Assembly (NCBI GenBank): GCA_964353705.1
Contig: CAYGXD010000004.1
Coordinates: 4,820 to 68,819 of the forward strand
DNA: 64,000 nt
DNA from: an uncultured Eubacteriales bacterium
Lineage (GTDB): Bacteria; Acidobacteriota; Aminicenantia; Aminicenantales; UBA8522
Direction: 5' to 3'
The translations under genes and the position numbers were made by a program. The notes beneath the pieces were generated by a model. It was not told the DNA's origin. It ran no database searches and saw only the letters and a program-made list of their open reading frames with translations. Below, piece after piece: positions 36,946 to 45,914 of the stretch. Positions within the stretch are counted from its first letter, which is position 1; every line of letters starts with the position of its first letter.

Positions 36946-37625
36946 CCTTCCCCTCCCTGTCCGGACGCGGCGACCAGGATGCGGGCGGTCGTCTTGAAAT
37001 GCGTTTTGGCGACTTTTTCAAGGACCTTAGGGCCGTGGAGCTTGACCAGCTTGAGCCCAGCCTCTTCGACAAGGACCGAGGCTCCCTTGGGAAGCTCCAA
37101 ACCGACGTCCTGGGAAAGAAAGTGGAGCCGCTTCAAAAACTCCGCCCGGGCGAGGAGCGAGGCCGCCGCGACGGCCATGTCCTCCTCGGCCTTGGGCCTC
37201 TGGACGAGCTCGATGCGCTTCCCCTTTTTCATCAAGGCGTTGAGGACAAAAGCTTTGTCTCCGAACTGGTCTGTGATGGCCAGACGGCAATTCACCCTTT
37301 CCAGGATGTTCTCGATGACCCTCGAATGTCCCCACGCCAGGATGCGGTTCAGGTTGCTGAGCCTCGAGTAGAGCTCGTTGTAGCGCTCCGGGCCGATGCT
37401 GACCACGGAATGAGCATAGCCCCGCTTGATGACCTCGGCCAGCTCCCGGGCCCGGTTGTCGGAAGTCCGCTTGCTGTCCTTGACGCCGAATTCCTTGAGG
37501 ACGGCCTCCTGGCCGTCCGGAAGATACACGCCGGCGATGACGACCGGGCCGAAATAGTCCCCCTTGCCCGACTCATCAGTACCGATATGTCCTTTTTCCG
37601 GCGGAAAAAGCTCCGGCTGTTCCAT
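36942..37625 (-). CDS. ribonuclease H type 2 family (RNase HIII-like, short form)
   Basis: The catalytic motif (GTDESGKGDYFGPVVIA) is RNase HIII-like, but the protein lacks the usual N-terminal TBP-like domain. Confidence 0.55.
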   Translation of the reverse strand: MEQPELFPPEKGHIGTDESGKGDYFGPVVIAGVYLPDGQEAVLKEFGVKDSKRTSDNRARELAEVIKRGYAHSVVSIGPERYNELYSRLSNLNRILAWGHSRVIENILERVNCRLAITDQFGDKAFVLNALMKKGKRIELVQRPKAEEDMAVAAASLLARAEFLKRLHFLSQDVGLELPKGASVLVEEAGLKLVKLHGPKVLEKVAKTHFKTTARILVAASGQGGEG

Positions 37626-37647
37626 CGATTTGGGCCGGGAGGGGATC

Positions 37648-38946
37648 CTACCTGATCAGGTTCCTGGCCTTGGCTTCCCTGATGAGGTCTGGCCGGAACT
37701 TGGGATGGGCGATGTTGATCAGCGCCTTGGTCCTCTCCATGAGGTTTTTCCCCCAAAGCTGAGCGACGCCGTATTCAGTCACAATAGTGCGCACGTCCCC
37801 CCGCGTCGTCACGACGCCGGCGCCCTTCTTGAGGAAGGGGACGATCCGGGTCATATCGCCGTCCTTGGCTGTCGAGGGGAGGGCGATGATCGGCTTCCCT
37901 CCCTTCGAGTGGGCGGCGCCTCGGATAAAATCAACCTGGCCGCCGAACCCGCTGTAGATGAATGTGCCGATGGAGTCGGAACAGACCTGCCCGGTGATAT
38001 CCACTTCGATGGCCGAGTTGATGGCGATCATGTTATCGTTGCGGGCGACGTTGAAGGGGTGATTGACGTAGTCGGTGGGATGGGCCTCGATGACCGGATT
38101 ATTATCAACGAAATCATAGAGCCGTTGACTGCCGAGAGCAAAAGTGATCACGACTTTATAAGGATGGAAGGATTTCTTGGAACCGGTGATGATCCCGCTG
38201 TCGATCGCCTCCATGACGCCGTCGGACAGCATCTCGGTATGGATGCCGAGGTCGCGCCGGCCCGAAAGCGCGGCCAAAACGGCATCCGGTATCCCCCCGA
38301 TGCCCAGTTGCAGCGTCGAGCCGTCTTCGATGAGATCGGCGATGTATTTCCCGATCAGCCGCTCGACATCGCTGAACGGGCTTTTTTCGAGTTGCGGGAG
38401 GGGCTCGGAGATCTCCACGAGCTTGTGGAGTCGGGATACGTGGAGGAAAGAATCGCCCAGGACGCGCGGCATGCGGTCGTTGACCTGGGCGATCACGATC
38501 TTGGCCGTCTCGGCCGCCGCCTTGGAGGCCAGGACCTCGACGCCGAGGCTCATGAACCCGTGCTCATCCGGAGGCGATACGTGGAGCAGCGCCACGTCCA
38601 GGGGCATCTGGCCGGAGTAAAACAGCAAGGGGATTTGGTGGAGGAAGATCGGCACATAGTCGGCTCGCCCTTCGTTGATGGCCTTGCGGTCGGCCGGACC
38701 GACAAACAGGGAATTGTGCCGGAAGTGCCCTTCCATCTCCGGCTTGGACAAGGGATCATCGCCCAGGAGCAGGACATGGACGAGTTCCACGTCCTTGAGC
38801 ACCTCCTTTTGAGCCGCCAGCGCCTTCATCAGCGCGTAGGGAGTGGCCGCGTTTCCGCTGATATAGACACGGTCCCCGATCTTGACTTCGGAGACGGCCT
38901 CTTCTACACTCACCAGCTTTTTCTTGTAATCATCGACCCAACTCAT
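37648..38946 (-). CDS. acetyl-CoA hydrolase/transferase family protein (4-hydroxybutyrate/butyryl-CoA:acetate CoA-transferase-like)
   Basis: 432 aa. The N- and C-terminal CoA-transferase domain pattern is present (GDRVYISGNAATP ... GGQVDFIRGA). Confidence 0.7.
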   Translation of the reverse strand: MSWVDDYKKKLVSVEEAVSEVKIGDRVYISGNAATPYALMKALAAQKEVLKDVELVHVLLLGDDPLSKPEMEGHFRHNSLFVGPADRKAINEGRADYVPIFLHQIPLLFYSGQMPLDVALLHVSPPDEHGFMSLGVEVLASKAAAETAKIVIAQVNDRMPRVLGDSFLHVSRLHKLVEISEPLPQLEKSPFSDVERLIGKYIADLIEDGSTLQLGIGGIPDAVLAALSGRRDLGIHTEMLSDGVMEAIDSGIITGSKKSFHPYKVVITFALGSQRLYDFVDNNPVIEAHPTDYVNHPFNVARNDNMIAINSAIEVDITGQVCSDSIGTFIYSGFGGQVDFIRGAAHSKGGKPIIALPSTAKDGDMTRIVPFLKKGAGVVTTRGDVRTIVTEYGVAQLWGKNLMERTKALINIAHPKFRPDLIREAKARNLIR

Positions 38947-38980
38947 CTCAATCCTCCGTTCATTTCACAGCCTGGATAGT

Positions 38981-40501
38981 TCATTTCCGGCCGTTTTTCA
39001 AGTATCTATCCATCTCCGCGGCGGCCAGGCGGCCGTCACCCATCGCCAGGATGACCGTCGCTCCTCCGCGGACGATATCCCCGCCGGCAAAAACGCCGGG
39101 GAGGCTCGTTCCCATCGTCTTCCAGTCGACTTCCAGGTTTCCCCATTTCCCAACCTGGAGTTCCGGCGTCGTCTGGGCCATAAGGGGGTTGGGGCTCTGA
39201 CCTATGGCCACGACGACCAGGTCCACTTCGGTGATGAACTCGGAGCCCGGCTTCGGGACCGGCTTGCGCCGCCCCGAAGCATCCGGCTCTCCGAGCTCCA
39301 TCCTCAGACACTCCATCGCCTTGACCCGCCCGTGCTGGTCGCCGATATAACGGACGGGAGTGGTCAGAAGATGAAACTCGATGCCCTCTTCCTCGGCGTG
39401 CTTAACCTCTTCTTCCCGGGCGGGCATCTCCTGACGGGACCGCCGGTAGATGATCGCCGCCAGCTCGGCCCCGAGTCTTTTGGCCGTCCGGACCGAGTCC
39501 ATGGCCACATTGCCGCCGCCGACGACCGCCGCGCGCTTCCCCCGGATGACAGGAGTGTCATAATCGGGAAACTGATAGGCCCGCATCAGGTTCACCCGGG
39601 TCAAATATTCGTTGGCCGAGTAGACGCCGACCAGGTTCTCGCCCGGGATGCGCATGAAGTTGGGCAGCCCGGCGCCGGTCCCGATGAAAAAGGCGTCATA
39701 GCCGTCCTTTTTCAGGTCTTCGATCGTCGCCGTCTTCCCCACGACAAAACTCATCCTCAGCTCGACACCAAGTTTACAGAGGTAATCGACCTCAGCCTTG
39801 AGGATGGCCTTGGGGAGACGGAACTCCGGGATGCCGTAGACAAGCACTCCGCCGGCGATATGCAGCGCTTCAAAAATGGTGACCTGGTGGCCCTTCTTGG
39901 CCAATTCCCCGGCGACCGTCAGCCCGGCCGGCCCGCCTCCGATGACGGCCACTTTCCTTCCCGTCGAAGCGGGTATATCGGGAAGGAACACCTTCCCTTC
40001 TCGGCGTTCGAAATCCGAGATGAAGCGTTCCAGGTTGCCGATGGCCACAGGGATCCCGGTCGCCTTCCTCAAGTTGCAGACGATCTCGCATTGCGTCTCT
40101 TGAGGGCAAACCCGGCCGCAGATGGCCGGCAGGCTGTTGGTTTCCTTGATCTTCCGGATGCTGCCCACGAGATCCCTCTTCTCGATGAGCTTGATGAAGC
40201 TCGGGATATCGATGGACACCGGGCAGCCGGAAACGCACCCGGGGTTGGCACAGTCCCAGCATCGCCCGGCCTCAAGAACGGCGGCCTCCTCGTCCAGGCC
40301 CTTATTGACCTCCCCGAAGTCGCGGTTTCTCGCGCCGGGCTCGCGTTCGGGCATCTTCTGCCGGGGGATCTTCATTCGCTCCTTGATCGGGAGGGACTTG
40401 CGCAGTTCTTTCCGCCACTCTTTGTCGTACTCAACCTTGAGCCTTTCCTTGAGCTCGGCCGAAATTTCCTGCTTTTCCGTCATTTCCGGCCCTCGTCGCA
40501 C
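38981..40501 (-). CDS. nfnB: NfnB / GltD-like NADPH-dependent FAD oxidoreductase subunit with two N-terminal [4Fe-4S] clusters
   Basis: An N-terminal Cys-cluster region (CWDCANPGCVSGCP ... CGRVCPQETQCEIVC) is followed by two Rossmann FAD/NAD(P) motifs (VAVIGGGPAGL, AAVVGGGNVAMD). Confidence 0.7.
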   Translation of the reverse strand: MRRGPEMTEKQEISAELKERLKVEYDKEWRKELRKSLPIKERMKIPRQKMPEREPGARNRDFGEVNKGLDEEAAVLEAGRCWDCANPGCVSGCPVSIDIPSFIKLIEKRDLVGSIRKIKETNSLPAICGRVCPQETQCEIVCNLRKATGIPVAIGNLERFISDFERREGKVFLPDIPASTGRKVAVIGGGPAGLTVAGELAKKGHQVTIFEALHIAGGVLVYGIPEFRLPKAILKAEVDYLCKLGVELRMSFVVGKTATIEDLKKDGYDAFFIGTGAGLPNFMRIPGENLVGVYSANEYLTRVNLMRAYQFPDYDTPVIRGKRAAVVGGGNVAMDSVRTAKRLGAELAAIIYRRSRQEMPAREEEVKHAEEEGIEFHLLTTPVRYIGDQHGRVKAMECLRMELGEPDASGRRKPVPKPGSEFITEVDLVVVAIGQSPNPLMAQTTPELQVGKWGNLEVDWKTMGTSLPGVFAGGDIVRGGATVILAMGDGRLAAAEMDRYLKNGRK

Positions 40502-40514
40502 CCTGTCCTTGTCA

Positions 40515-41345
40515 TCAGAACCGCTCCCTCTCGAAGGCGCACAGCGATTTCACTTCATCATCGAAATAGGACTTGCGGCGGGAAAACAGCTCCGGCCAAT
40601 CGATGGAATGGCCGTCGAAATCCGGCCCGTCGACACAGGCGAATTTCGTCTTCCCGTCCGCGGTCACGCGGCACGCGCCGCACATGCCCGTTCCATCGAC
40701 CATGATCGGGTTGAGGCTGACCATGGTCTTCACTCCGGCGGGCCGCGTGGCTTCGGCGCAACGGTACATCAGATAGGTGCAGCCGATGGCCACGACCCGG
40801 TCGATCTTCTTCTCTTCTTTGACAAGAGAGTCGAGTTTATAAGGAATGTATTCCTTGGATTCATAGCGGCTGTCCCGGGCCGAGACAAAGAGCCGGTCGC
40901 TGACCTTTCTCAGCTTGTCCTCCCAATAGAAAAGGTAGCTGGCCTTGACATCGATAAGCGTCAGAACGCGGTTCCCGGCCTGCTTGAGAGCGCGGGCGAT
41001 AGGATAGATGGCGGCGATCCCGAAGCAGCCGCCGGCGCAGACCACGGTCCCGAAATTCTGGATATCCGAGGGCCGGCCGAGCGGCCCGACATAAACCGGC
41101 AGGTCATCGCCCGGCTTGAGCAGGGACAGCTTCTCCGTGCTGGTTCCCACGAGCATGAAGACCGACGTCACCGAACCCCGCTTGGCATCCCAGTCGGCGA
41201 TGGTCAGGGGGATCCTCTCGCCCCGTTCATCGGACATGACGATAATAAACTGGCCGGGGCGGCTCTTCCGGGCCACCTCGGGGGCATGGACTTCAAGCAG
41301 ATGGATGTTGGGCACCAGCCGCTCTCGCCGCAGGACCTTGGCCAT
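40515..41345 (-). CDS. nfnA: NfnA / sulfide dehydrogenase beta-like subunit (ferredoxin-NADP reductase fold with a [2Fe-2S] site)
   Basis: FAD/NAD-binding FNR-like fold with the C-terminal Cys motif (GTGMCGACRV), directly downstream of the NfnB-like gene. Confidence 0.7.
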   Translation of the reverse strand: MAKVLRRERLVPNIHLLEVHAPEVARKSRPGQFIIVMSDERGERIPLTIADWDAKRGSVTSVFMLVGTSTEKLSLLKPGDDLPVYVGPLGRPSDIQNFGTVVCAGGCFGIAAIYPIARALKQAGNRVLTLIDVKASYLFYWEDKLRKVSDRLFVSARDSRYESKEYIPYKLDSLVKEEKKIDRVVAIGCTYLMYRCAEATRPAGVKTMVSLNPIMVDGTGMCGACRVTADGKTKFACVDGPDFDGHSIDWPELFSRRKSYFDDEVKSLCAFERERF

Positions 41346-41358
41346 GCTGCTCCTCTAT

Positions 41359-43704
41359 CTATCCTTCCGGTTTCCGGTCGCGAGGTTTGGATTTTTCTCT
41401 CAACCGCCTGAGACCCCTGACCTCTTCCCGGAGATCCAGGCCGCGGTAATAATCGGGGGCAACCGGGCGCTCCCCGCCGCCAGGAGAAGACAGGGCGGGC
41501 TGTGCCATCCCCGCCGCAGCCGCCGGCGAAATTAACCGGGCGGAGGGTTCTTCATCCTCCCGCACGTAGGACGGCCGGCCTTTCCTAAAATGGTGAGAGG
41601 AGGCCTCTTGAAGAGCGGGCAGTCCCTTGCTCATTTCCTCGGCGATCTCCGCTGAGCTCTGAAAAGCAAACCCCTGTCTCCCCATTTTTTCGGCCAGCCG
41701 GCAGAAGATCCACCAGTCCGGCTTGGACTCACCCTGGGGATTCAGCAGCGGCTTGGATTTCTGGATCCTTCCTTCGATATTGACAAAGGTCCCGTCGGTC
41801 TCCGCCCAGGTCGCGGCGGGAAGGACGACGTCGGCCAGCCGGCTGACGGGGCCTCGATAGCACTCCTGGACGATCAGGAAATCCGGGCGGCTGTCGCCCA
41901 ACTGGGGGAACGCCCCGGCCAGGTAGAGAGATTTAACCCGCCCTTTCTCGGCTTCCTGAAAAACCCGGCCAAGGGATAAACCGTTCGCCGCGGCCGCTGG
42001 CCAAAGCTCGATGAGTCCCCTCTCGTTGTTCTCGGCGGCCAAGGGAATGAGCCGGGCCTCGACCAACTGGGCGAGGTTCCAGAGCATCGGGATGATCCGC
42101 CTGTCGTCAGGCCCCCCGACAAACCCGGAGCCGCAGAGAAAGTATCCGGGCCCGCTCTCTTCAAGGAGAAGCCCTGCCGATTGGAGCTCTTCTGCCGTGA
42201 GTCCGGTCGAGGAGACAAGGCCCAGCGGACCCGCCTTCTCCAGCAAGGACTTCAGTTCTTCGCAGCCAGGGAGAGAAGCCCTCTTGTCTTTCGGCCGGCG
42301 GTCGAGGAGCCAGCGGCTGAGGTATCCCAGAACCGCCGGTTCATTTCCGGGTTTTACCCTCAGGGACAGCGTTGCCCAGCGGTCGAGGGCCGAATCGCCC
42401 GAATTCAAGACGAGCAGCTTGGCCCCTTTCCGGACCGCTTTGAGAACGTTGACCCAGAGCACAGGCTGGGAAACAGCCGGATCAGTTCCCGCCGCCAGGA
42501 TTAGCCCGGCCTCAGAGAGCGAAGCCAGCTCAAAATTGAGCCGGGCCGCAACTCCGTGTTCCCGCAGTACGCTCCGGCAGGCCGAGAGCGGCAGGCGGCC
42601 CGCAGAGTCGAGCAGCGGTTCGGCATTCAAGACATCCCGGCCGAACTTCAGGGCGACGTACTGGTCTTCCAGGGAGAGCTGGGAAGAGACCACAAATCTG
42701 GAGCCGGGCCCGCGATCATCCGTCAATCTCTGGGCGGCCGCATCCAGGGCCTCATCCCAGGTCGCCTCCACTAGCTCACCGTGTCGCCGGACGATCGGCC
42801 GGAGCGACCGCCTGGGAGAATGGACGACGTCCCTGAGCACAAACCGGCCCTTGACGCAGGCTTGTCCTTCGTTCACTGGATGCCCATCTTTAGGATAGGA
42901 ACTGATGATCTGTCCTTTCCGCAGGCCGACCTCAAGGGTGCATCCGACGCTGCATAGAGGACAGATCGTGCTGCGGGTCTCGTCAGGCAGGCCCGCGCCT
43001 TTCAGAGCCCGCTCGGTCAGCGCGCCGGTCGGGCAGACGTCGACGCAGGCGCCGCAGAATTGACATCCGGAATCGAGAAGGGGCCGATCCATGGCCGTGC
43101 CGATGACCGCCTGGGGGCCCCTGAAAACAACGGAGATCGCCGACGCTCCGCGCACCTCGGCGCACGCCCGGACACAGCGTGCACAGAGAATGCACAGGTT
43201 GTAGTTCCGGTCGAAGAAGGGATCCTCCCTGAGGATCTCGAAATTTCGGTACGAGGCCGGGAACCTGACCCTTTCGACCTTGAGCTCTTCCACGACCTCC
43301 TGGAGCCGGCACTGGCCGTTCTCCGGACAGAGCACACAGCCCGTGGCTTCGCCCACTTTTCGGGTGGTGGACTTGTATTCCTCGCAGTCTTTTTTTTCTG
43401 TACAGATGAGGCAGGCATGCGGATGTTCCGAGAGGATGAGCTCGAGCGTCAGCCGGCGAAGGTCCCGGAGCTCGGGCGTTTCGGTTATCACCTCGAGGTT
43501 ATCCTCGACAGGAGTGCAGCAGGCCGGGACATACCCCCTCCTGCCTTTGATTTCGACGAGGCAAAGCCGGCATCCCCCGTAGGAACTCAGCCCCTTGGCC
43601 GCGCACAGGTTGGGGATCGCGATGCCGTGCGACTTGGCCGCTTCGAGGACGGTCGTGCCGGGTTCAGCAGCAAACTCCCGGCCGTTGATCTTCAGCTTAA
43701 TCAT
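41359..43704 (-). CDS. NuoG/Nqo3-like Fe-S subunit (2Fe-2S, His-ligated and 4Fe-4S clusters, plus a molybdopterin-oxidoreductase-like domain)
   Basis: N-terminal 2Fe-2S ferredoxin domain (CAAKGLSSYGGCRLCLVEI), HxxxCxxC (EHPHACLIC), two ferredoxin-type CxxCxxCxxxCP motifs, and a molybdopterin-oxidoreductase Fe-S domain (CPLCSVGC). No H-cluster motifs are present. Its 781-aa length matches Nqo3-type NuoG. Confidence 0.7.
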   Translation of the reverse strand: MIKLKINGREFAAEPGTTVLEAAKSHGIAIPNLCAAKGLSSYGGCRLCLVEIKGRRGYVPACCTPVEDNLEVITETPELRDLRRLTLELILSEHPHACLICTEKKDCEEYKSTTRKVGEATGCVLCPENGQCRLQEVVEELKVERVRFPASYRNFEILREDPFFDRNYNLCILCARCVRACAEVRGASAISVVFRGPQAVIGTAMDRPLLDSGCQFCGACVDVCPTGALTERALKGAGLPDETRSTICPLCSVGCTLEVGLRKGQIISSYPKDGHPVNEGQACVKGRFVLRDVVHSPRRSLRPIVRRHGELVEATWDEALDAAAQRLTDDRGPGSRFVVSSQLSLEDQYVALKFGRDVLNAEPLLDSAGRLPLSACRSVLREHGVAARLNFELASLSEAGLILAAGTDPAVSQPVLWVNVLKAVRKGAKLLVLNSGDSALDRWATLSLRVKPGNEPAVLGYLSRWLLDRRPKDKRASLPGCEELKSLLEKAGPLGLVSSTGLTAEELQSAGLLLEESGPGYFLCGSGFVGGPDDRRIIPMLWNLAQLVEARLIPLAAENNERGLIELWPAAAANGLSLGRVFQEAEKGRVKSLYLAGAFPQLGDSRPDFLIVQECYRGPVSRLADVVLPAATWAETDGTFVNIEGRIQKSKPLLNPQGESKPDWWIFCRLAEKMGRQGFAFQSSAEIAEEMSKGLPALQEASSHHFRKGRPSYVREDEEPSARLISPAAAAGMAQPALSSPGGGERPVAPDYYRGLDLREEVRGLRRLREKSKPRDRKPEG

Positions 43705-45439
43705 GGCGGCGTTTCTTGGTCCTTCGGACTTCCGGCGGAGCTTTCCGGCCCGACCGGGGGACGAGCTTGCGGCAAACCCCGGCGGCGCACTTCTTATGTT
43801 TGATATGATCGATGTACTCTTCGCGGAAATGCCGGAGCGTGGAGAGCACCGGATTGGGCGCCGTCTGTCCCAGCCCGCAGAGCGAAGCCACAGTGATGGA
43901 ATCGCCCAGCTCTTTCAGCCTGGCCAGATCCTCCTCTTCTCCCTCTCCCCCCGTGATCCGGACCAGGATGTCGTGCATCTGCCGCGTCCCGACCCGGCAG
44001 GGGACGCACTTTCCGCAGGATTCCTCCTGGGTGAAGTGCATGTAATGGCGGGCCAGGTCGACCATGCAGGTCGTCTCATCCAGGACGATCATCCCGCCCG
44101 AGCCCATCGTCGATCCCGCCTGGACGAGGTTGTCGTAGTCGATGGCCAGGTCCAGGAACTCGGCGGGCAGGAACCCGCCTGCCGGCCCCCCCGTCTGGAC
44201 GGCTTTGAACTTCTTTCCGTCCTTTATGCCGCCGCCGATATCATAGATGATCTCGCGGAGCTTGATCCCCATGGGGACTTCGACCTGGCCGCCGCTGCGG
44301 ATTTTGCCGACCAGCGAAAAGATCTTGGTCCCCTTGCTTTTGGGCGTCCCGATCTGGCTGTACCATTCCGCTCCCCGCTTGATGATCAGGGGGACGTTGG
44401 CCCAGGTCTCGACGTTGTTTATATTGGTCGGATAACCCCACAGACCGGACTGGGCGGGAAACGGGGGACGCTGCCGTGAAACAGCCCGCCGCCCCTCGAT
44501 CGAGGACATCAGCGAGGTCTCTTCGCCGCAGACAAAAGCCCCGGCGCCTTCGACGATCTGGATATCGAAGTGGAACTCCGAACCCAGGATCGACTTCCCG
44601 AGCAGGCCGTGTTTCCTGGCCTGATCCCGGGCGATCGTTATCTGCCGGACAGCCTGAGGAGCCTCCATCCGGACATAAATATAACCTTCGGCCGCTCCCA
44701 TGGCATAGGCGCCGATGATCATGCCCTCGATGACACTGTGAGGATTGGCCGCCAAAATGCTGCGGTCCATATAGGTGCCCGGATTCCCCTCGTCGGCGTT
44801 GCAGATGATATATCTCCGGTCGGCGCTCTCATTGCGGCAGAATTGCCATTTCTTTCCGGTCGGGAAGCCCGCCCCTCCCCTTCCCCTCAACCCGGCCGAT
44901 TCGACTTCCCGGATCACCTCCTCGGCCGTCATGTCGAACAGCGCCTTGGCCAGGGCCTGATACCCGTCGGCCAGGACATAATCTTCGATCCGGTCCGGAT
45001 CGATGCGCAGGTTGTCCCCGGTGAGCAGCCGCATCTGCTTCCGGTAAAAGGGGATCTCTTTAAGCTGAGAATACCGACGGCGGGACTTGGGGTCTTCGTA
45101 GACAAGGGGGTCGACCACCTTGTTTTTGAGGAGGGTCTTGTCAATGATGGCGGGGATATCCTCCGGCTTCAGCCGGCCATAATAGATCTCTCCGGGATAG
45201 ATGACGATGTTGGGCTCCATCTCGCAGAACCCGTGACAGCCCGTTACCTCCAGCTTGACCCTATCCTCCAGCCCACGACCGTCGAGCTCCTGTTTGAGAG
45301 CTTCGATGATAGCGAGGGAACCACTCGCCCGGCCGCAGGTCCCGTTTGAGACGACCACGGTCTTTTGGGGAGCCGGCCGTTCCTCGAGGATCAGCGCTTT
45401 CCAGGCCGTAAGCTGAGTCGGGTGGGTGAGCATTCTCAC
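43697..45439 (-). CDS. NuoF-like NADH-binding flavoprotein subunit with an N-terminal thioredoxin-like [2Fe-2S] extension
   Basis: FMN/NADH-binding core (GRGGAGFPTGKKW) and a C-terminal 4Fe-4S motif (CGKCVPCRVG). The N-terminal extension of about 120 aa has Cys spacing of a thioredoxin-like ferredoxin (GTCGRASG...GCHGFCEMEP). Confidence 0.8.
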   Translation of the reverse strand: MRMLTHPTQLTAWKALILEERPAPQKTVVVSNGTCGRASGSLAIIEALKQELDGRGLEDRVKLEVTGCHGFCEMEPNIVIYPGEIYYGRLKPEDIPAIIDKTLLKNKVVDPLVYEDPKSRRRYSQLKEIPFYRKQMRLLTGDNLRIDPDRIEDYVLADGYQALAKALFDMTAEEVIREVESAGLRGRGGAGFPTGKKWQFCRNESADRRYIICNADEGNPGTYMDRSILAANPHSVIEGMIIGAYAMGAAEGYIYVRMEAPQAVRQITIARDQARKHGLLGKSILGSEFHFDIQIVEGAGAFVCGEETSLMSSIEGRRAVSRQRPPFPAQSGLWGYPTNINNVETWANVPLIIKRGAEWYSQIGTPKSKGTKIFSLVGKIRSGGQVEVPMGIKLREIIYDIGGGIKDGKKFKAVQTGGPAGGFLPAEFLDLAIDYDNLVQAGSTMGSGGMIVLDETTCMVDLARHYMHFTQEESCGKCVPCRVGTRQMHDILVRITGGEGEEEDLARLKELGDSITVASLCGLGQTAPNPVLSTLRHFREEYIDHIKHKKCAAGVCRKLVPRSGRKAPPEVRRTKKRRHD

Positions 45440-45445
45440 GGGCGC

Positions 45446-45907
45446 CTACTTCTTCTTCCTGTATGCCGCGACGATGGAGCGCACGTCTTCGACCGAAACT
45501 TGGGAATAATAGGTGCCGTTGACGACGACGGTCGGCCCGATGGCGCAGCAGCCGAGGCAGTTGACCGTGTCCAGCGAGAACAGCCGGTCCGGCGTCGTTC
45601 CCCCCGGCTCGACCCCCAGCTCCTTTTTCATCTCCTCGAAAACTCCGGCGCCTCCGCGGACATGGCAGGACGTCCCCTGGCAGACAGTCACCAGATACTT
45701 GCCCCGGGGGCGAAGCCTGAAAGCCTTATAAAACGTGAGCACTCCGTAGACTTCGCTCTCGGTCGTGTTCAGATGCTCGGCGATGCGCCGGACGGCCGGG
45801 GCGGGGATGTAGCCGTATTCGGCCTGGACCATATGCAAGATCCGGGTCAGGTCCTTCTGTTCGCGGCCGAATCCCCGCAGAAGAGCATCCATCTCAGCAC
45901 CGGTCAT
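45446..45907 (-). CDS. NuoE-like [2Fe-2S] thioredoxin-like ferredoxin subunit
   Basis: 153 aa with the NuoE Cys pattern (CQGTSCHVRG ... CLGCCAIGP). Confidence 0.75.
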   Translation of the reverse strand: MTGAEMDALLRGFGREQKDLTRILHMVQAEYGYIPAPAVRRIAEHLNTTESEVYGVLTFYKAFRLRPRGKYLVTVCQGTSCHVRGGAGVFEEMKKELGVEPGGTTPDRLFSLDTVNCLGCCAIGPTVVVNGTYYSQVSVEDVRSIVAAYRKKK

Positions 45908-45914
45908 GAGTCAT

